This document shows positions 10,757 through 20,981 of a stretch of 64,000 nt of DNA, in pieces. Origin of the DNA: Pseudomonadota bacterium (GTDB lineage: Bacteria > Pseudomonadota > Alphaproteobacteria > Rhodobacterales > Rhodobacteraceae); contig JBCCMP010000001.1 of assembly GCA_039026295.1 (NCBI GenBank), positions 260 to 64,259 of the forward strand, read 5' to 3'. Made by a program: the position numbers and the translations under genes. Each line of letters opens with the position of its first letter. Within the stretch, counting starts at the first letter, position 1. Under the pieces are notes generated by a model, which was given only the letters and a program-made list of their open reading frames with translations, did not search any database and had not been told where the DNA came from.

Positions 10757-10842
10757 TCCGGATCTGCAGAGCGGGCTGGCAGAAGCGCAGTCTTGCTAAG
10801 CCGCTTGCTCCTGCTCTCACATTCAAAAAGGGAGGAAATCAA

Positions 10843-11982
10843 ATGAGAGTCATGACAACAACGGCCCTGGTAGCCGTCGCCTTGGCGGGCGGAGCGTTCG
10901 CCGACGACGTCAAGTTGCCATTGGTTGAATTGCCGGGGATCGCGGACCGCGATTACTGGATCCCTGATGAAGTGAACGCCGACGGCAAGCTGGCGGCCCT
11001 TCAGCAGGTGGTCGGTTCCGCGGCCGTTCCGTTCTCGGGCACGCAGGAAAAACCGATTCAGATCGGTCTGATCTACCCGTCGTCCGACACCTCGGACTTC
11101 TGGGCGCGCAACTATCTGGCCATGACCAAGCGTCTGGAAGAGCTGGGCATCGAGTACGAGACGACCGAGTTTGCCTCGCGCCAAATCGAGCATTCGCTGC
11201 AGACGACCTATGCCAATCAGGTCTCGCAGGACGCCGACCTCTATGACTACGTGATCTTCGGGCCTTCGGAATTGGCGATCCAGGCGGACAATATCTCTAC
11301 CCTTGCCGGGAACGATGGCTTCAGCACGTTTGTCTGGGCGTTTCACACACCGCTGAAAGCCCTGGAAAATCAACCCGACGCATGGTTCGATTTTTCGTCG
11401 GCTGCGGGCGCACTGACCATGTGTGACTACATGCTTGGACGTCTGGGCAAAGACGTGACAATGGCCATGAACCGGGGCATTCCGGGCATCACCGACAACC
11501 AGCGGTCTGGCGATTTCAAAGCCTGCGTAGAAGAAAAGGGCAACTGGACAACAGCCTACGAGCATTACGGCGAATATCAGCGCGAGGGCGGGTATGCCGG
11601 GACCTCACTGATCCTGCAGGCCTACCCGGAAGCAAAGATCATCCACAATGCCAACACCGCTATGGCGATGGGCTCGGTCGAAGCTCAGGTGTCCGTCGGC
11701 AAAGAGAAAGATATCTTCTCGACCGGCTGGGGCGGCACCGGATTGGAGCTTGACGCGATCCGTCGCGGTGAACTGAACGCCACACCCATGCGCATGGGCG
11801 ATGATGTCGGCGCTGCAACGGCGGAAGCGATCAAGGCCCATATGGAAGGACGCAGCACTGATCTGCCATTCGTCTTCCTCGGCCGCATCACTGTCGCGCA
11901 CGATCAGATGAGCGCCGAGGAGTTGGACGCCCTGCAAAAAGAAGCCTTCCGCTTCTCAGGCGTCGGAAAGCTGGAACGCTGA
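10843..11982 (+). CDS. LuxP-like (AI-2/borate-diester receptor family) periplasmic binding protein
   Basis: SD GGAGG; signal peptide. PIQIGLIYPSSDTSDFWARN, GWGGTGLELDAIRRGELNATPMRMGDDVG and AFRFSG match the remembered Vibrio LuxP segments [49 protein letters not shown] and AFRYSD. Confidence 0.8.
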   Translation: MRVMTTTALVAVALAGGAFADDVKLPLVELPGIADRDYWIPDEVNADGKLAALQQVVGSAAVPFSGTQEKPIQIGLIYPSSDTSDFWARNYLAMTKRLEELGIEYETTEFASRQIEHSLQTTYANQVSQDADLYDYVIFGPSELAIQADNISTLAGNDGFSTFVWAFHTPLKALENQPDAWFDFSSAAGALTMCDYMLGRLGKDVTMAMNRGIPGITDNQRSGDFKACVEEKGNWTTAYEHYGEYQREGGYAGTSLILQAYPEAKIIHNANTAMAMGSVEAQVSVGKEKDIFSTGWGGTGLELDAIRRGELNATPMRMGDDVGAATAEAIKAHMEGRSTDLPFVFLGRITVAHDQMSAEELDALQKEAFRFSGVGKLER

Positions 11983-11989
11983 GCCAGGA

Positions 11990-12012
11990 TTGGGCGGCTT
12001 GTTGCCGCCCAA
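11990..12012 (+). terminator. Hairpin after the ABC operon (probable terminator)
   Basis: TTGGGCGGC-ttgtt-GCCGCCCAA inverted repeat 8 nt after the stop; no U-tract on the + strand. Confidence 0.55.
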
Positions 12013-12723
12013 CAACCTCTCAAACCCGCATCAACGTCACCTCAATCTCGATCTGGCGCTACAGGCTCTGGCTGAACAGCCGCACGCGCACAGCCTTCGT
12101 CCGATTTAGTCTCCGTTGAAACAGGTCCCCGGAGGAATGCAGGTGACCGTAGGGATGTCTAAGAGATTCACCTTACAAATGGCGCACATCTCACCCCACG
12201 AAACGCTCGCGCAATGATCCGAGCGGAGCTTCGCGCCTATGGGTGCCAATGCGTGAAACTCTCCACTGCCGCGGATGCCGAATTTGTCCCGGTCATGCTT
12301 GTTCATCGGTGCGGCAGCGAACGGAAATTTTTGCGCAGACTTTCCTATGGCCGACCGCTGATGAGTGTCCGGCCTGCCTGTGAGCGTAGCCTATCCAACG
12401 CCTCTTCATCAGCCGTATGACCGGCGTGACAGATGGTTGGCAGAACACCCAATACCTGTTGGTTGGGGGCAACCGAACCGGAGACGCCTCGGTTGCCGTG
12501 TTTGTGCCGCAGAGCTTCGATCCGGGCGCGCCTTATCAAGCCGACATGAGCCACGGTGTTCTTCTGATCGCCGGTGTGACCACTACAGTCACGGTTGCGG
12601 ATGGGCGCATCGGCCACAGCAACAACCGGATGCCGGTTCATCGGGAGGAACGCTGGAGATTGGCGGAGCGATTCCAAAACGCGGCAGTGGCGCGAAAAGC
12701 CGGGCGGGCAGCACGCGGTCTGG

Positions 12724-14334
12724 TCAGGGCGCTTGCGACGCCACGAAGTGTTGCACGTGCGGCTTCGCATCGTTCTTCAAAAGCCCGGCGATTTTCTGCT
12801 GCAATGCCTTGTCTTCGTGGCTGACGCGGTCGTGCTGGCGCAGGTGGTTCGTCCATGACGTCTCCCACCAGGTTTCCACAAAGGTCTCTGGCGAAGCCGC
12901 ATCCTGCATCAAAGACCAGTGGTGACCGCCGCCGCGCCTTCGGCTGGCGGCAAGGTCCTGCATCAGCCTTTGAAATTCGGCCAGCTGGCCTTTAGGTACG
13001 GCATAGGTGATTTGCACCATGACCGGTCCGTCCGGTTGCGTGTCCATGCTCAGAACAGGTTCGGGCCAATGCATGGATGGTGTCAGATCCTGCTGGGCAC
13101 CTAGGCCGAGCTTCGCGCGCCACGTCAGCGGCAGCATCAGCACGGCACCGGCCGCCGCGGCAATCAATGCAACGGGTATTCCCCAACTGGCGGCGACCTG
13201 ACCCCACGCGAGACTGCCCACCGACATCGCGCCGAAGAAGACCGTCAGGAAGACCGACAGTCCCCGGGCCCGAACCCAATCCGGCAAGGCCGTCTGGGCG
13301 GATACATTCAAGCTGGACAGGACGGCGATCCAGGACAGCCCGGCTAGGGCCGACGCTGCCAAAGCAGCGGCCTGATTTGGAACGACGGCCAGGATGACCA
13401 TCACCAAAGCCGTGCCGAGCGTGCCAGCGGCAACGGTCTTGTCGGCACCCAGCCGCGCTTTGAGTTTTGGCAAGACCAAGGCGCCCCCTACAGCGCCGGC
13501 GCCAACCGCGCCCAGCATCAGACCGTAGAGGGTCGGCCCGCCTGAGAGGACGTCCCGCGCGATGAGGGGTAACATCGCCCACATGGCACTCGCGAAAAGG
13601 AAGAAGGCCGCCGCCCTCAGCAATGTGGCCTTCAGGGCCGGGCTGTTGGCCGCGTAGCGCAGGCCTGCGACGATGGCGCCGCTCATGTGTTCCCGCGGCA
13701 GACCGCTGGGTTTTTCCGCTGCGGGTCGCCACCATACCAACGCGGCCACAATGCCGATCACGCTGGTCGCGTTGACCAGGAACGGCGCCGCCAGCCCAGC
13801 GGTAACGATCAACGCGCCCGCAAGGGCCGGGCCGATGGCGCGGCTGACATTTATGCCCATGGAGTTCAGCGCGATGGCGGCGGACAGGTCTTCGCGCGGG
13901 ATCAGCTTGGGCACGATGGCCTGCCAGGCCGGGGCGATGAAAGCGGCTCCTGTGCCGAAGAGAAAAGTGAAGAACAGCAGGACCCACGGCGTCACCAGAT
14001 CCAGATGGACCAGCGCAGCCATCGCCAGGGCGGCCACGCCCATGGCAAGGTTGACCCAGATCAGCAACCATCTGCGGTCGACGATATCGGCGATCGCTCC
14101 GGCCAGAAGTGCAAACAGGAAGATCGGCAGGCTGGTCGCCGCCTGAACGGCTGCAACCATCAGGGGCGAGGGCGCGAGTTCGGTCATCAACCAGCCCGCC
14201 CCGACATCGTGCATCCAGGTGCCGATGTTGGACGCGACGGTTGCCAACCACAGAATCGCGAACGCCCTGTGTCGGAACGGGGCCATCGGGCCGGATGGCG
14301 CAGAGGGCCGTGCGGCGGTAACGTTGGTCATCAC
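12724..14334 (-). CDS. MFS transporter (MFS_3/DHA3 type) with soluble C-terminal domain
   Basis: FAILWLATVASNIGTWMHDVGAGWLM, AGAIADIVDRR, PAWQAIVP, SRAIGPALAG; C-terminal RRRGG..W..F.E.W domain. Confidence 0.9.
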   Translation of the reverse strand: MMTNVTAARPSAPSGPMAPFRHRAFAILWLATVASNIGTWMHDVGAGWLMTELAPSPLMVAAVQAATSLPIFLFALLAGAIADIVDRRWLLIWVNLAMGVAALAMAALVHLDLVTPWVLLFFTFLFGTGAAFIAPAWQAIVPKLIPREDLSAAIALNSMGINVSRAIGPALAGALIVTAGLAAPFLVNATSVIGIVAALVWWRPAAEKPSGLPREHMSGAIVAGLRYAANSPALKATLLRAAAFFLFASAMWAMLPLIARDVLSGGPTLYGLMLGAVGAGAVGGALVLPKLKARLGADKTVAAGTLGTALVMVILAVVPNQAAALAASALAGLSWIAVLSSLNVSAQTALPDWVRARGLSVFLTVFFGAMSVGSLAWGQVAASWGIPVALIAAAAGAVLMLPLTWRAKLGLGAQQDLTPSMHWPEPVLSMDTQPDGPVMVQITYAVPKGQLAEFQRLMQDLAASRRRGGGHHWSLMQDAASPETFVETWWETSWTNHLRQHDRVSHEDKALQQKIAGLLKNDAKPHVQHFVASQAP

Positions 14335-15203
14335 TGAATCTCCGCGGGCATCAGGCGCGACGTCACGGTCACGGCCATACCGGGCCTGAGCAGCAGCCTC
14401 GGGTTCGGGAGTTCGGCCCAGACCGTCACAGATCCATCGCTTTGATCGATCTCGTTGGCCGCATGAGACGGACGGGCGGTATATTCGTGCTCGCCGCTCG
14501 CATCGGAAACGGTCAATTCGATCCGCTGGAACAACTGAATGAGGTCCCTCACCCGGGTCCGCGACAAAAGGTTCAGGCGCTGATTGTAGGGAACACGGTA
14601 AGCGACCATCACCGGGTCCAGCGTTGTGATGTGACCGAGCGGTGCGCCTGATTCGGCTTCGACGAACGCGCCTCGTGCCGTTATCGGCCGCCCGGCAAAG
14701 CCAGCGATCGGTGCGCGGATCACCGTGCGGCTGAGATCCAGCTTCGCCCGCGCCAGTTCCGCATTGGCAAGGGCCAGCGCCGCCTCTGCCGCGGCCTTGG
14801 CCGTGCGGGCCGGGATCAGCACCGCATCCGGCGATATCCCGCGGGCGGCAAGGCGTTCCTGCCGCGCGGCCTCTTGCGCGGCACCATCCCGCGCGGCCTT
14901 GGCCGCGGCAAGGTTTGCCTCGGCCACCGCGACCGCCAGTTCCGCATCAACCGGATCAAGCCTGATCATCGGCTGACCTGCGGCGATCTTCTCACCGCCG
15001 GTGAACAGGACTTCGGCCACCACGCCATTGACCTGGCTGGACAGCTCCGCCCGGGCCGAGCTTTCGATTTGTCCTTGAAAGACCATGGTCTCTGAACGGG
15101 CAGGTCCGCTGGAGATCAACAGCCCGGCAGCAAGACACGCCAGAGCCCGGCTGAGCCACCGGATCCCCTTTGCCGGACGCGGATGCGGACGGATGGGGAT
15201 CAT
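14331..15203 (-). CDS. Efflux periplasmic adaptor (MFP, AcrA-like)
   Basis: ELSSQVNGVV..VLF..G lipoyl half, helical hairpin, TVIRAPIAG, LLLRPGM. Confidence 0.8.
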   Translation of the reverse strand: MIPIRPHPRPAKGIRWLSRALACLAAGLLISSGPARSETMVFQGQIESSARAELSSQVNGVVAEVLFTGGEKIAAGQPMIRLDPVDAELAVAVAEANLAAAKAARDGAAQEAARQERLAARGISPDAVLIPARTAKAAAEAALALANAELARAKLDLSRTVIRAPIAGFAGRPITARGAFVEAESGAPLGHITTLDPVMVAYRVPYNQRLNLLSRTRVRDLIQLFQRIELTVSDASGEHEYTARPSHAANEIDQSDGSVTVWAELPNPRLLLRPGMAVTVTSRLMPAEIQ

Positions 15204-15448
15204 GTTTTCGTCTCGGGTCCGGTCGAGGGGCCTGCGGCGAAGTCCTTGGCGTGCAGGCAGTGCTCGGTCGCCTGGGCCAACGTCATCTTCTGCTTGGCCC
15301 AGGACACCAGACTTTCGCCGATCAGCATGCCCAGAAGACCAAGCAAAGCGATCACCGGCGGCGCGGGAGAGCGGGTTTGCAACACGGCATAGATGCCGCC
15401 CACCAACAGTCCGACGGCCAGCGAAATCGCGTACGGTTTCCAATCCAT
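15200..15448 (-). CDS. XapX/DUF1427 small membrane protein
   Basis: YAISLAVGLLVGGIYAVLQTRSPAPPVIALLGLLGMLIGE signature; usual neighbour of ycaC/amidohydrolase genes. Confidence 0.85.
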   Translation of the reverse strand: MDWKPYAISLAVGLLVGGIYAVLQTRSPAPPVIALLGLLGMLIGESLVSWAKQKMTLAQATEHCLHAKDFAAGPSTGPETKT

Positions 15449-15460
15449 CTGAAGTCTCCC

Positions 15461-17185
15461 CTATTCTGCGGCGATGGCCGGCCCGGTCGATGCGGGCGCA
15501 CCCGGCGCGCCAAAGACCGGGACCGGCGACCAGTCAGGCAGTTCCGGCAGAGGTGCGGGCGCATGGTGTGCGAAGCCGCCCTTGGCGAAGACGACCTTTC
15601 CGCCGGACAGGGTCAGGTCGGACGTGATCTCGGTGATCTGGTCTTCGGGGACGGCGAAGTAATCCCGGTCGAGAACCGCGATATCGGCGAGTTGACCCAC
15701 AGCGATCTGGCCTTTCTTGCCGGTCTCGCGGCTGAACCAGGCACCTGACGTGGTCCAGTGGCGCAGCGCATCTTCGCGGGACAGCCGGTTTGCCTCGCCC
15801 CATATGACATCGCCGCCACGGCCCTTGCCGGAGACAGCCCAGTGGACCGCAAGCCAGGGGTTGTAGGACGACACACGGGTCGCATCGGTTCCGGCCGCCA
15901 GCGGCACGCCTGACGCCATCATTTTCCTGACCGGCATGACGTCGCGCAGCGCATCCTCGCCGTAGCGGTCGCGGTAGGCGGTGGCCTGAAACGCGATGCG
16001 GTTCTGGTACGAGATACCGCCGCCCAGGCGGGCGACCCACTCCATCGTCGCCTCGGACACGGTCTCGCCGTGGTCGAAGATCCAGTTCAGCTCTTCCAGG
16101 CCCTTGTCCTGGCCGACGTCCTCCAGAACCTTCAGCAGGCGGTGAGCGCTTTCCTCGTATGTGCAGTGGAAGCGGATCGGCCAGCGGTTCTCCAGCAGGA
16201 ACTCCAGCACCGGCTTGAGGTCGCCCTCCATCCGTTTGGGCAGTTCCGGACGCGGATAGGAGAAATCTTCGAAATCATAGGCCGAGGCCACCAGCATCTC
16301 GCCTGCGCCGACGCATTTCAGATAGTCATCGCCCTGGTCCGGTTTGACGATGTCGTTCCAGCGTTTGAAGTCGTCCAGCTCGAACAGCGGGCGCTGGGCG
16401 AAGAGCTGATAGCCGATGCGCACGGTCTGCTCGCCGCGTTTGTTCAGCTCGGTGATCACGCCGTAATCGTCGGGGTAGTTCAGGAACCCGCCCGCGCAGT
16501 CCAGGGCCGAGGTCAGGCCCAGCCCGTTCAGCGCCCGGAAGTAGTGCTTGGTCGACAGGATCTGCTGCTCGAAGTCCAGCTTTGGCGCCATGTCCAGCAA
16601 GGCATAAAGCGGCTGGGCGTTGGGACGGGCTAGGGCGAGGCCCGTCGGGTTGCCGTCGTCGTCCCGCTCTAACCGGCCCGAGACGAAGGGCTCGTAGAAG
16701 TGTTTGTCGATGCCCAGCGCCCGCAGCGCCGCCTTGTTCAGCCAGCAGCGGTCGTAGAGGTGCAGCACATAGACCGGCACCTCGGGGGCGACGGCGTTGA
16801 TCTCGTCGATCGTCGGCAGGCGCTTTTCGGCGAACTGATCTGCGGACCAGCCGCCGACGACGCGGATCCACTGGCCCGCGGGCGTGCGCTGGGCCTGCGC
16901 CTTCAGCATGGCCAGACCATCGGCCAGCGAAGGCACATGGTCCCAGCGCAGTTCCATGGCGAAATTGTTGCCCTGGCGGATGATGTGCGTGTGGCTGTCG
17001 ATCAGGCCCGGGATGACCCGGGCCCCGCCCAGATCGATGGTTTCCGTCGTCCCTGCATCTGCCAGCAAATCGGCGTCCGATCCCACGGCGCTGATCTTGC
17101 CATTCGTGATCGCAACGGACTGTGCTTCCGGCTCATCACCGTCCATGGTCGTGATGCGGCCGTTGTAGAGAATGAGATCCGCCAT
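15461..17185 (-). CDS. Amidohydrolase (Amidohydro_3, YtcJ-like), cytoplasmic
   Basis: PGLIDSHTH metal motif, GTDATRVSSYNPW, GQLADIAVLDRDYF; no signal peptide. Confidence 0.9.
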   Translation of the reverse strand: MADLILYNGRITTMDGDEPEAQSVAITNGKISAVGSDADLLADAGTTETIDLGGARVIPGLIDSHTHIIRQGNNFAMELRWDHVPSLADGLAMLKAQAQRTPAGQWIRVVGGWSADQFAEKRLPTIDEINAVAPEVPVYVLHLYDRCWLNKAALRALGIDKHFYEPFVSGRLERDDDGNPTGLALARPNAQPLYALLDMAPKLDFEQQILSTKHYFRALNGLGLTSALDCAGGFLNYPDDYGVITELNKRGEQTVRIGYQLFAQRPLFELDDFKRWNDIVKPDQGDDYLKCVGAGEMLVASAYDFEDFSYPRPELPKRMEGDLKPVLEFLLENRWPIRFHCTYEESAHRLLKVLEDVGQDKGLEELNWIFDHGETVSEATMEWVARLGGGISYQNRIAFQATAYRDRYGEDALRDVMPVRKMMASGVPLAAGTDATRVSSYNPWLAVHWAVSGKGRGGDVIWGEANRLSREDALRHWTTSGAWFSRETGKKGQIAVGQLADIAVLDRDYFAVPEDQITEITSDLTLSGGKVVFAKGGFAHHAPAPLPELPDWSPVPVFGAPGAPASTGPAIAAE

Positions 17186-17244
17186 CGCGTGTTCTCCTGT
17201 TCGAAAAATGCAAGCCGCGGGCCTGACGACCGGCGGCATCTGGC

Positions 17245-19047
17245 TCAGCCGCTGGCGCTTGTTGCGCCCTTCTGCAGGATGACCGGCGACCAGTCGGGGC
17301 TGACCGGTGGAATGTGATTGAGGTCCTGGGTCGCAAACGCGGCCGCGCCGTAAACGACCCTGCCTGCGACGACCGTCAGATCCGATTTCAGCTTGGCGAT
17401 CTCGGCATCGGTGACGGCAAAGTAGTCGCGGTCCAGCACCGTGAAGTCCGCCATCTGGCCCGGCGTGATCGCACCTTTCCGGTCGGCATCGCCGGTGAAC
17501 CAGGCCGACCCCGTGGTCCAGAGACGCAGCGCCTCCTCCCGGCTGATCAGATTGGCATCGTCATACATCGGCAGGCCACCGCGGCTGAGGCCCGTCGTCA
17601 TCCACTGGATCGAGAACCAGGGGTTGAACGAGGTGACCCGCGTCGCATCGGTACCGCCGCCAACCGGCACGCCCAGATCCAGAATCGCCCGGAAGTTCGG
17701 CGTTGTCTTCAGCGCCTCGGCCCCGTAGTTGGCGACAAAGTCTTCAGCCTGGAACTGGATGCGGTTCTGCAGGGCAATGCCGCCGCCCAGCTTGGCGATC
17801 CGTTCAAGGTTGGCCTGGCTGAAGGTTTCCACGTGGTCGACGAACCAGCCCGGGGTCAGGCCCGCGCCTTTGGCGACCTCTTCGTAGACCGGCAACAGGC
17901 GATCGCCGGTCTCGTTGTAGGTGATGTGCTGACGGAACGGCCACGCGCCTTCCCCCAGAACGGTCATCACCTTCGTCTGGTATTCCTCGGCATCGGCGTC
18001 GATATCCGGGCGCGCATCGGCGAAGATTTCATAATCGTAAGCGGCCCAGCCCAGATTCTCGCCCGCGCCGACGAATTTCAGCATGTCGTCGCCTTCGCCC
18101 GCGCGGATTTCCGCCGTCCAGCGCTGGTAGTCGGCCAGTTCCTTGCCCTTGTGCTGCGGGAAGGAATGATAGCCGATGCGCGTGGTCAGCAGGTCATGGC
18201 CATGCAACCAGGTGATGACCTTGTAGGGATCTGCGTCACGGAACTCCATGCCGCCACCACCGGCGTCGGACACCGACGTTACGCCAAGGCTGTTCAACTC
18301 GTCGAAGTACTGCAGCGAAGAGTTGATCTGATCGCGGATCGACAGTTTGGGCGCGGCATCCAGGGTATTGTACATGACAAGGCCCGAGGGTGCGGCCAGG
18401 ATCCGGCCCGTGGCACCTCCACCGGCGTCCTTCTCGATGATGCCGCCCGGATATTCGGGATGGCCGGGTTGATCGTAGCCGAGATATTCGACCGCCTTGG
18501 TGTTCAGCAGCGTCAGCTTGTAGAGATGATGGATCAGCACCGGATGTTCCGGCGCCACCGCATCCAGTTCCGCCACGGTCGGCAGGCGCTTTTCCTTGAA
18601 CTGGAACTCGGAAAAGCCCCCCGCGACGCGGATGAACTGCCCGGCAGGTGTCCGATCAGCCTGGGCGCGCAACAGGTGCAGCGCCTCTTCCAGGCTGTCC
18701 ACACCGTCCCAGCGCACTTCCAGATTGTAGTTCACCGCGCCGCGAATGGCGTGCGTGTGGCTGTCGTTCAGGCCGGGGATCACCCTTTGTCCCCTGGCGT
18801 CGATCACTTGGGTGAACGGTCCGATCAGCGCCTGCATGTCGGCGTCGGTGCCCACGGCGAGGAACGCGCCATCGCGCACCGCAAGGGCAGTGGCATCGGG
18901 CCGCGCCGGATCCATTGTCGTGATGCGTCCGTTCACCAGAACCAGATCCGCATTGCCGGATGCGGCGAATGCGGGCACAGCCATTGCGCCTGCGGCAAGG
19001 GCAGTGGTGCCCACCAATAGCTGCCTGCGGTCAAGAACGTTCTTCAT
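17245..19047 (-). CDS. Amidohydrolase (YtcJ-like) with Tat signal
   Basis: MKNVLDRRQLLVGTTALAAGAMAVPAFA Tat leader; PGLNDSHTH; GTDATRVTSFNPW; paralog of the adjacent gene. Confidence 0.88.
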   Translation of the reverse strand: MKNVLDRRQLLVGTTALAAGAMAVPAFAASGNADLVLVNGRITTMDPARPDATALAVRDGAFLAVGTDADMQALIGPFTQVIDARGQRVIPGLNDSHTHAIRGAVNYNLEVRWDGVDSLEEALHLLRAQADRTPAGQFIRVAGGFSEFQFKEKRLPTVAELDAVAPEHPVLIHHLYKLTLLNTKAVEYLGYDQPGHPEYPGGIIEKDAGGGATGRILAAPSGLVMYNTLDAAPKLSIRDQINSSLQYFDELNSLGVTSVSDAGGGGMEFRDADPYKVITWLHGHDLLTTRIGYHSFPQHKGKELADYQRWTAEIRAGEGDDMLKFVGAGENLGWAAYDYEIFADARPDIDADAEEYQTKVMTVLGEGAWPFRQHITYNETGDRLLPVYEEVAKGAGLTPGWFVDHVETFSQANLERIAKLGGGIALQNRIQFQAEDFVANYGAEALKTTPNFRAILDLGVPVGGGTDATRVTSFNPWFSIQWMTTGLSRGGLPMYDDANLISREEALRLWTTGSAWFTGDADRKGAITPGQMADFTVLDRDYFAVTDAEIAKLKSDLTVVAGRVVYGAAAFATQDLNHIPPVSPDWSPVILQKGATSASG

Positions 19048-19173
19048 AACAGTCCACCATGTCTGCGGCCGCAAAGGATCATGCGCAGGGTCAATGGCCG
19101 TGCGCCGCGACCAACGGGGATTTCCGATAACCTGCCCGGGGCACCGAGAGCGCCCGGGCAGGCGATCCGTGGC

Positions 19174-19872
19174 CTATTCCGCGGCGATCTGGCCCGCGGG
19201 AACGGGATCGATCATCGGGCCATGCTCGACCCGCTCGGGCGCTTTGTGGACCATGGTGTAGGCGTAATCGACGCCCATGCCGTAGGCTCCGCCGTGTTCC
19301 TGAGCGATGCCGATCGTGGCATCATAGGTGTCGCGGCGCGCCCAATCGCGCTGCCATTCCAGCAGCACCTGCTGCCAGGTCATCGGAACCACGCCGGCCT
19401 GCACCATGCGGTCCATGGCATAAGTGTGTGCGTCCATCGATGTGCCGCCGGACGCGTCGGCGACCATGTAAATCTGGTACTCGCCTTCCAGCATAGCGCT
19501 CAGCGCGAACGTCGTGTTGCAGACCTCGGTCCACAGACCCGAGACGACGACTTTCTTCCGGCCGTTTTCTGCCAGGGCATCGCGCACCTTCTGATCGTCC
19601 CACGAGTTCATCGAAGTCCGCTCCAGGATCGGATGCTCCGGGAAGACCCCCAGCAGTTCCGGGTAGGTGTGGCCCGAAAACGCTTCGGTTTCGACCGTTG
19701 TGATGATGGTCGGGATGTCGAATGTCCTCGCGGCCTTGGCCAATCCGACGACGTTGTTCTTCAATGTCTGCCGGTCGATTGACTGCACACCAAAGGCCAT
19801 CTGCGGCTGATGATCGATAAAAATCAGCTGGCTGTTCGCGGGGGTCAGGACTTCCAGTTTCTCGGTGCTCAT
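19174..19872 (-). CDS. ycaC: YcaC-like isochorismatase-family cysteine hydrolase
   Basis: LIFIDHQPQMAFGV, ERTSMNSWDD, SGLWTEVC, LLEWQRDWAR. Confidence 0.88.
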   Translation of the reverse strand: MSTEKLEVLTPANSQLIFIDHQPQMAFGVQSIDRQTLKNNVVGLAKAARTFDIPTIITTVETEAFSGHTYPELLGVFPEHPILERTSMNSWDDQKVRDALAENGRKKVVVSGLWTEVCNTTFALSAMLEGEYQIYMVADASGGTSMDAHTYAMDRMVQAGVVPMTWQQVLLEWQRDWARRDTYDATIGIAQEHGGAYGMGVDYAYTMVHKAPERVEHGPMIDPVPAGQIAAE

Positions 19873-20108
19873 TTCATCCTCCTCGAGCGTTTTGGCGCGA
19901 CCGTCCCGGCCGCTGGGGTGCGATGAGGCCCGCCAGGCCTCGATGCCCGGCAAGATGGGAAGGCCCGCGCGGGGTCTCTTCCGGATTCCGGAAAAAGTTT
20001 TCTGGATTCCATTTTCAGGTCTTGGGCCTCGACGCCGCGACTTGCCGGACCTATGCCCAGATCTACGTTCTCGCAGGCGAGGGCGTTGCGGCATTGGGGA
20101 CTGCGTTC

Positions 20109-20981
20109 ATGCAATCGTTCGACAGCGTTCTGGACATTCCAAGGTACCGGAACGCGGTGAAATGGCAGGGCAAGGCGGGCACGGCGCAGCTTGGCGTCCG
20201 CCGGATGGTGTTCGAGCCCGGAGCGATCACGAGCCCGGGCGTGGATTATTCCGCCCTGGTGCTGTACCGGCGACCTGCCCAGATCAGGCACAACATTGCG
20301 GGTGATGACCGCGGTACCAGGCAGTTCATGCCGGGTGATCTGATGCTGCGGGCCGAGGGGTTGAACTATACCGCCGAATACGTCGATCACGTGGACGTCA
20401 ACATCTTTGCCCTGGACAGCAGAATGGTTCAGAGCGCGACGGCGAACTTCAACGCGGACGTTCCCGAAGTCTTCGGCCGCTTGGAGGCGCGACCGTTTCG
20501 TTCGGCATTGATCGAGGGCCTCGCGACGCGTCTGTCCGACGAGGTCGTGGATGTCGGAGACCGGCTTTACGCGGACTCGTTGCTGTTCGCGATGATCCAT
20601 GAACTGTGGCGCCTGGCAACGGAGTCGGGCGCGGTGCGAGACGCCGACCCTGACACACTGTGCCCGGTTGTCCTGCGGCGTATCGATGAAGCCGTCGCCG
20701 ATGCGCCGGCAGGTCAGATTTCCTTGGACAGCCTGGCCGATCTGACCGGTTTGCCGATGCCTGCCTTCTCTGCGGCGATGAAGCGAACGACCGGCCAGAC
20801 GCCCTATCAGTACGTTCTGACCCGCCGGGTCGCCGTCGCACGCGATCTGATCGAGACGACGGGTCAGTCCCTCGCCGAAATTGCGTTCAACTGCGGGTTC
20901 TCCTCGCAAAGTCACATGACCGACGTTTTCCGCGCAAAGCTTGGGATCACGCCCGGCAGGCTGCGCGCCGCCAAAGGCTAG
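20109..20981 (+). CDS. AraC-family transcriptional regulator
   Basis: C-terminal LAEIAFNCGFSSQSHMTDVFRAKLGITPG; divergent from ycaC. Confidence 0.88.
   Translation: MQSFDSVLDIPRYRNAVKWQGKAGTAQLGVRRMVFEPGAITSPGVDYSALVLYRRPAQIRHNIAGDDRGTRQFMPGDLMLRAEGLNYTAEYVDHVDVNIFALDSRMVQSATANFNADVPEVFGRLEARPFRSALIEGLATRLSDEVVDVGDRLYADSLLFAMIHELWRLATESGAVRDADPDTLCPVVLRRIDEAVADAPAGQISLDSLADLTGLPMPAFSAAMKRTTGQTPYQYVLTRRVAVARDLIETTGQSLAEIAFNCGFSSQSHMTDVFRAKLGITPGRLRAAKG

Noticed and set aside
12013-12723. ORFs 12417-12824 and neighbours in the gap between the ABC operon and the MFS gene
   Set aside because: No SD or motif, overlaps the MFS 3' end; probably non-coding or decayed sequence.
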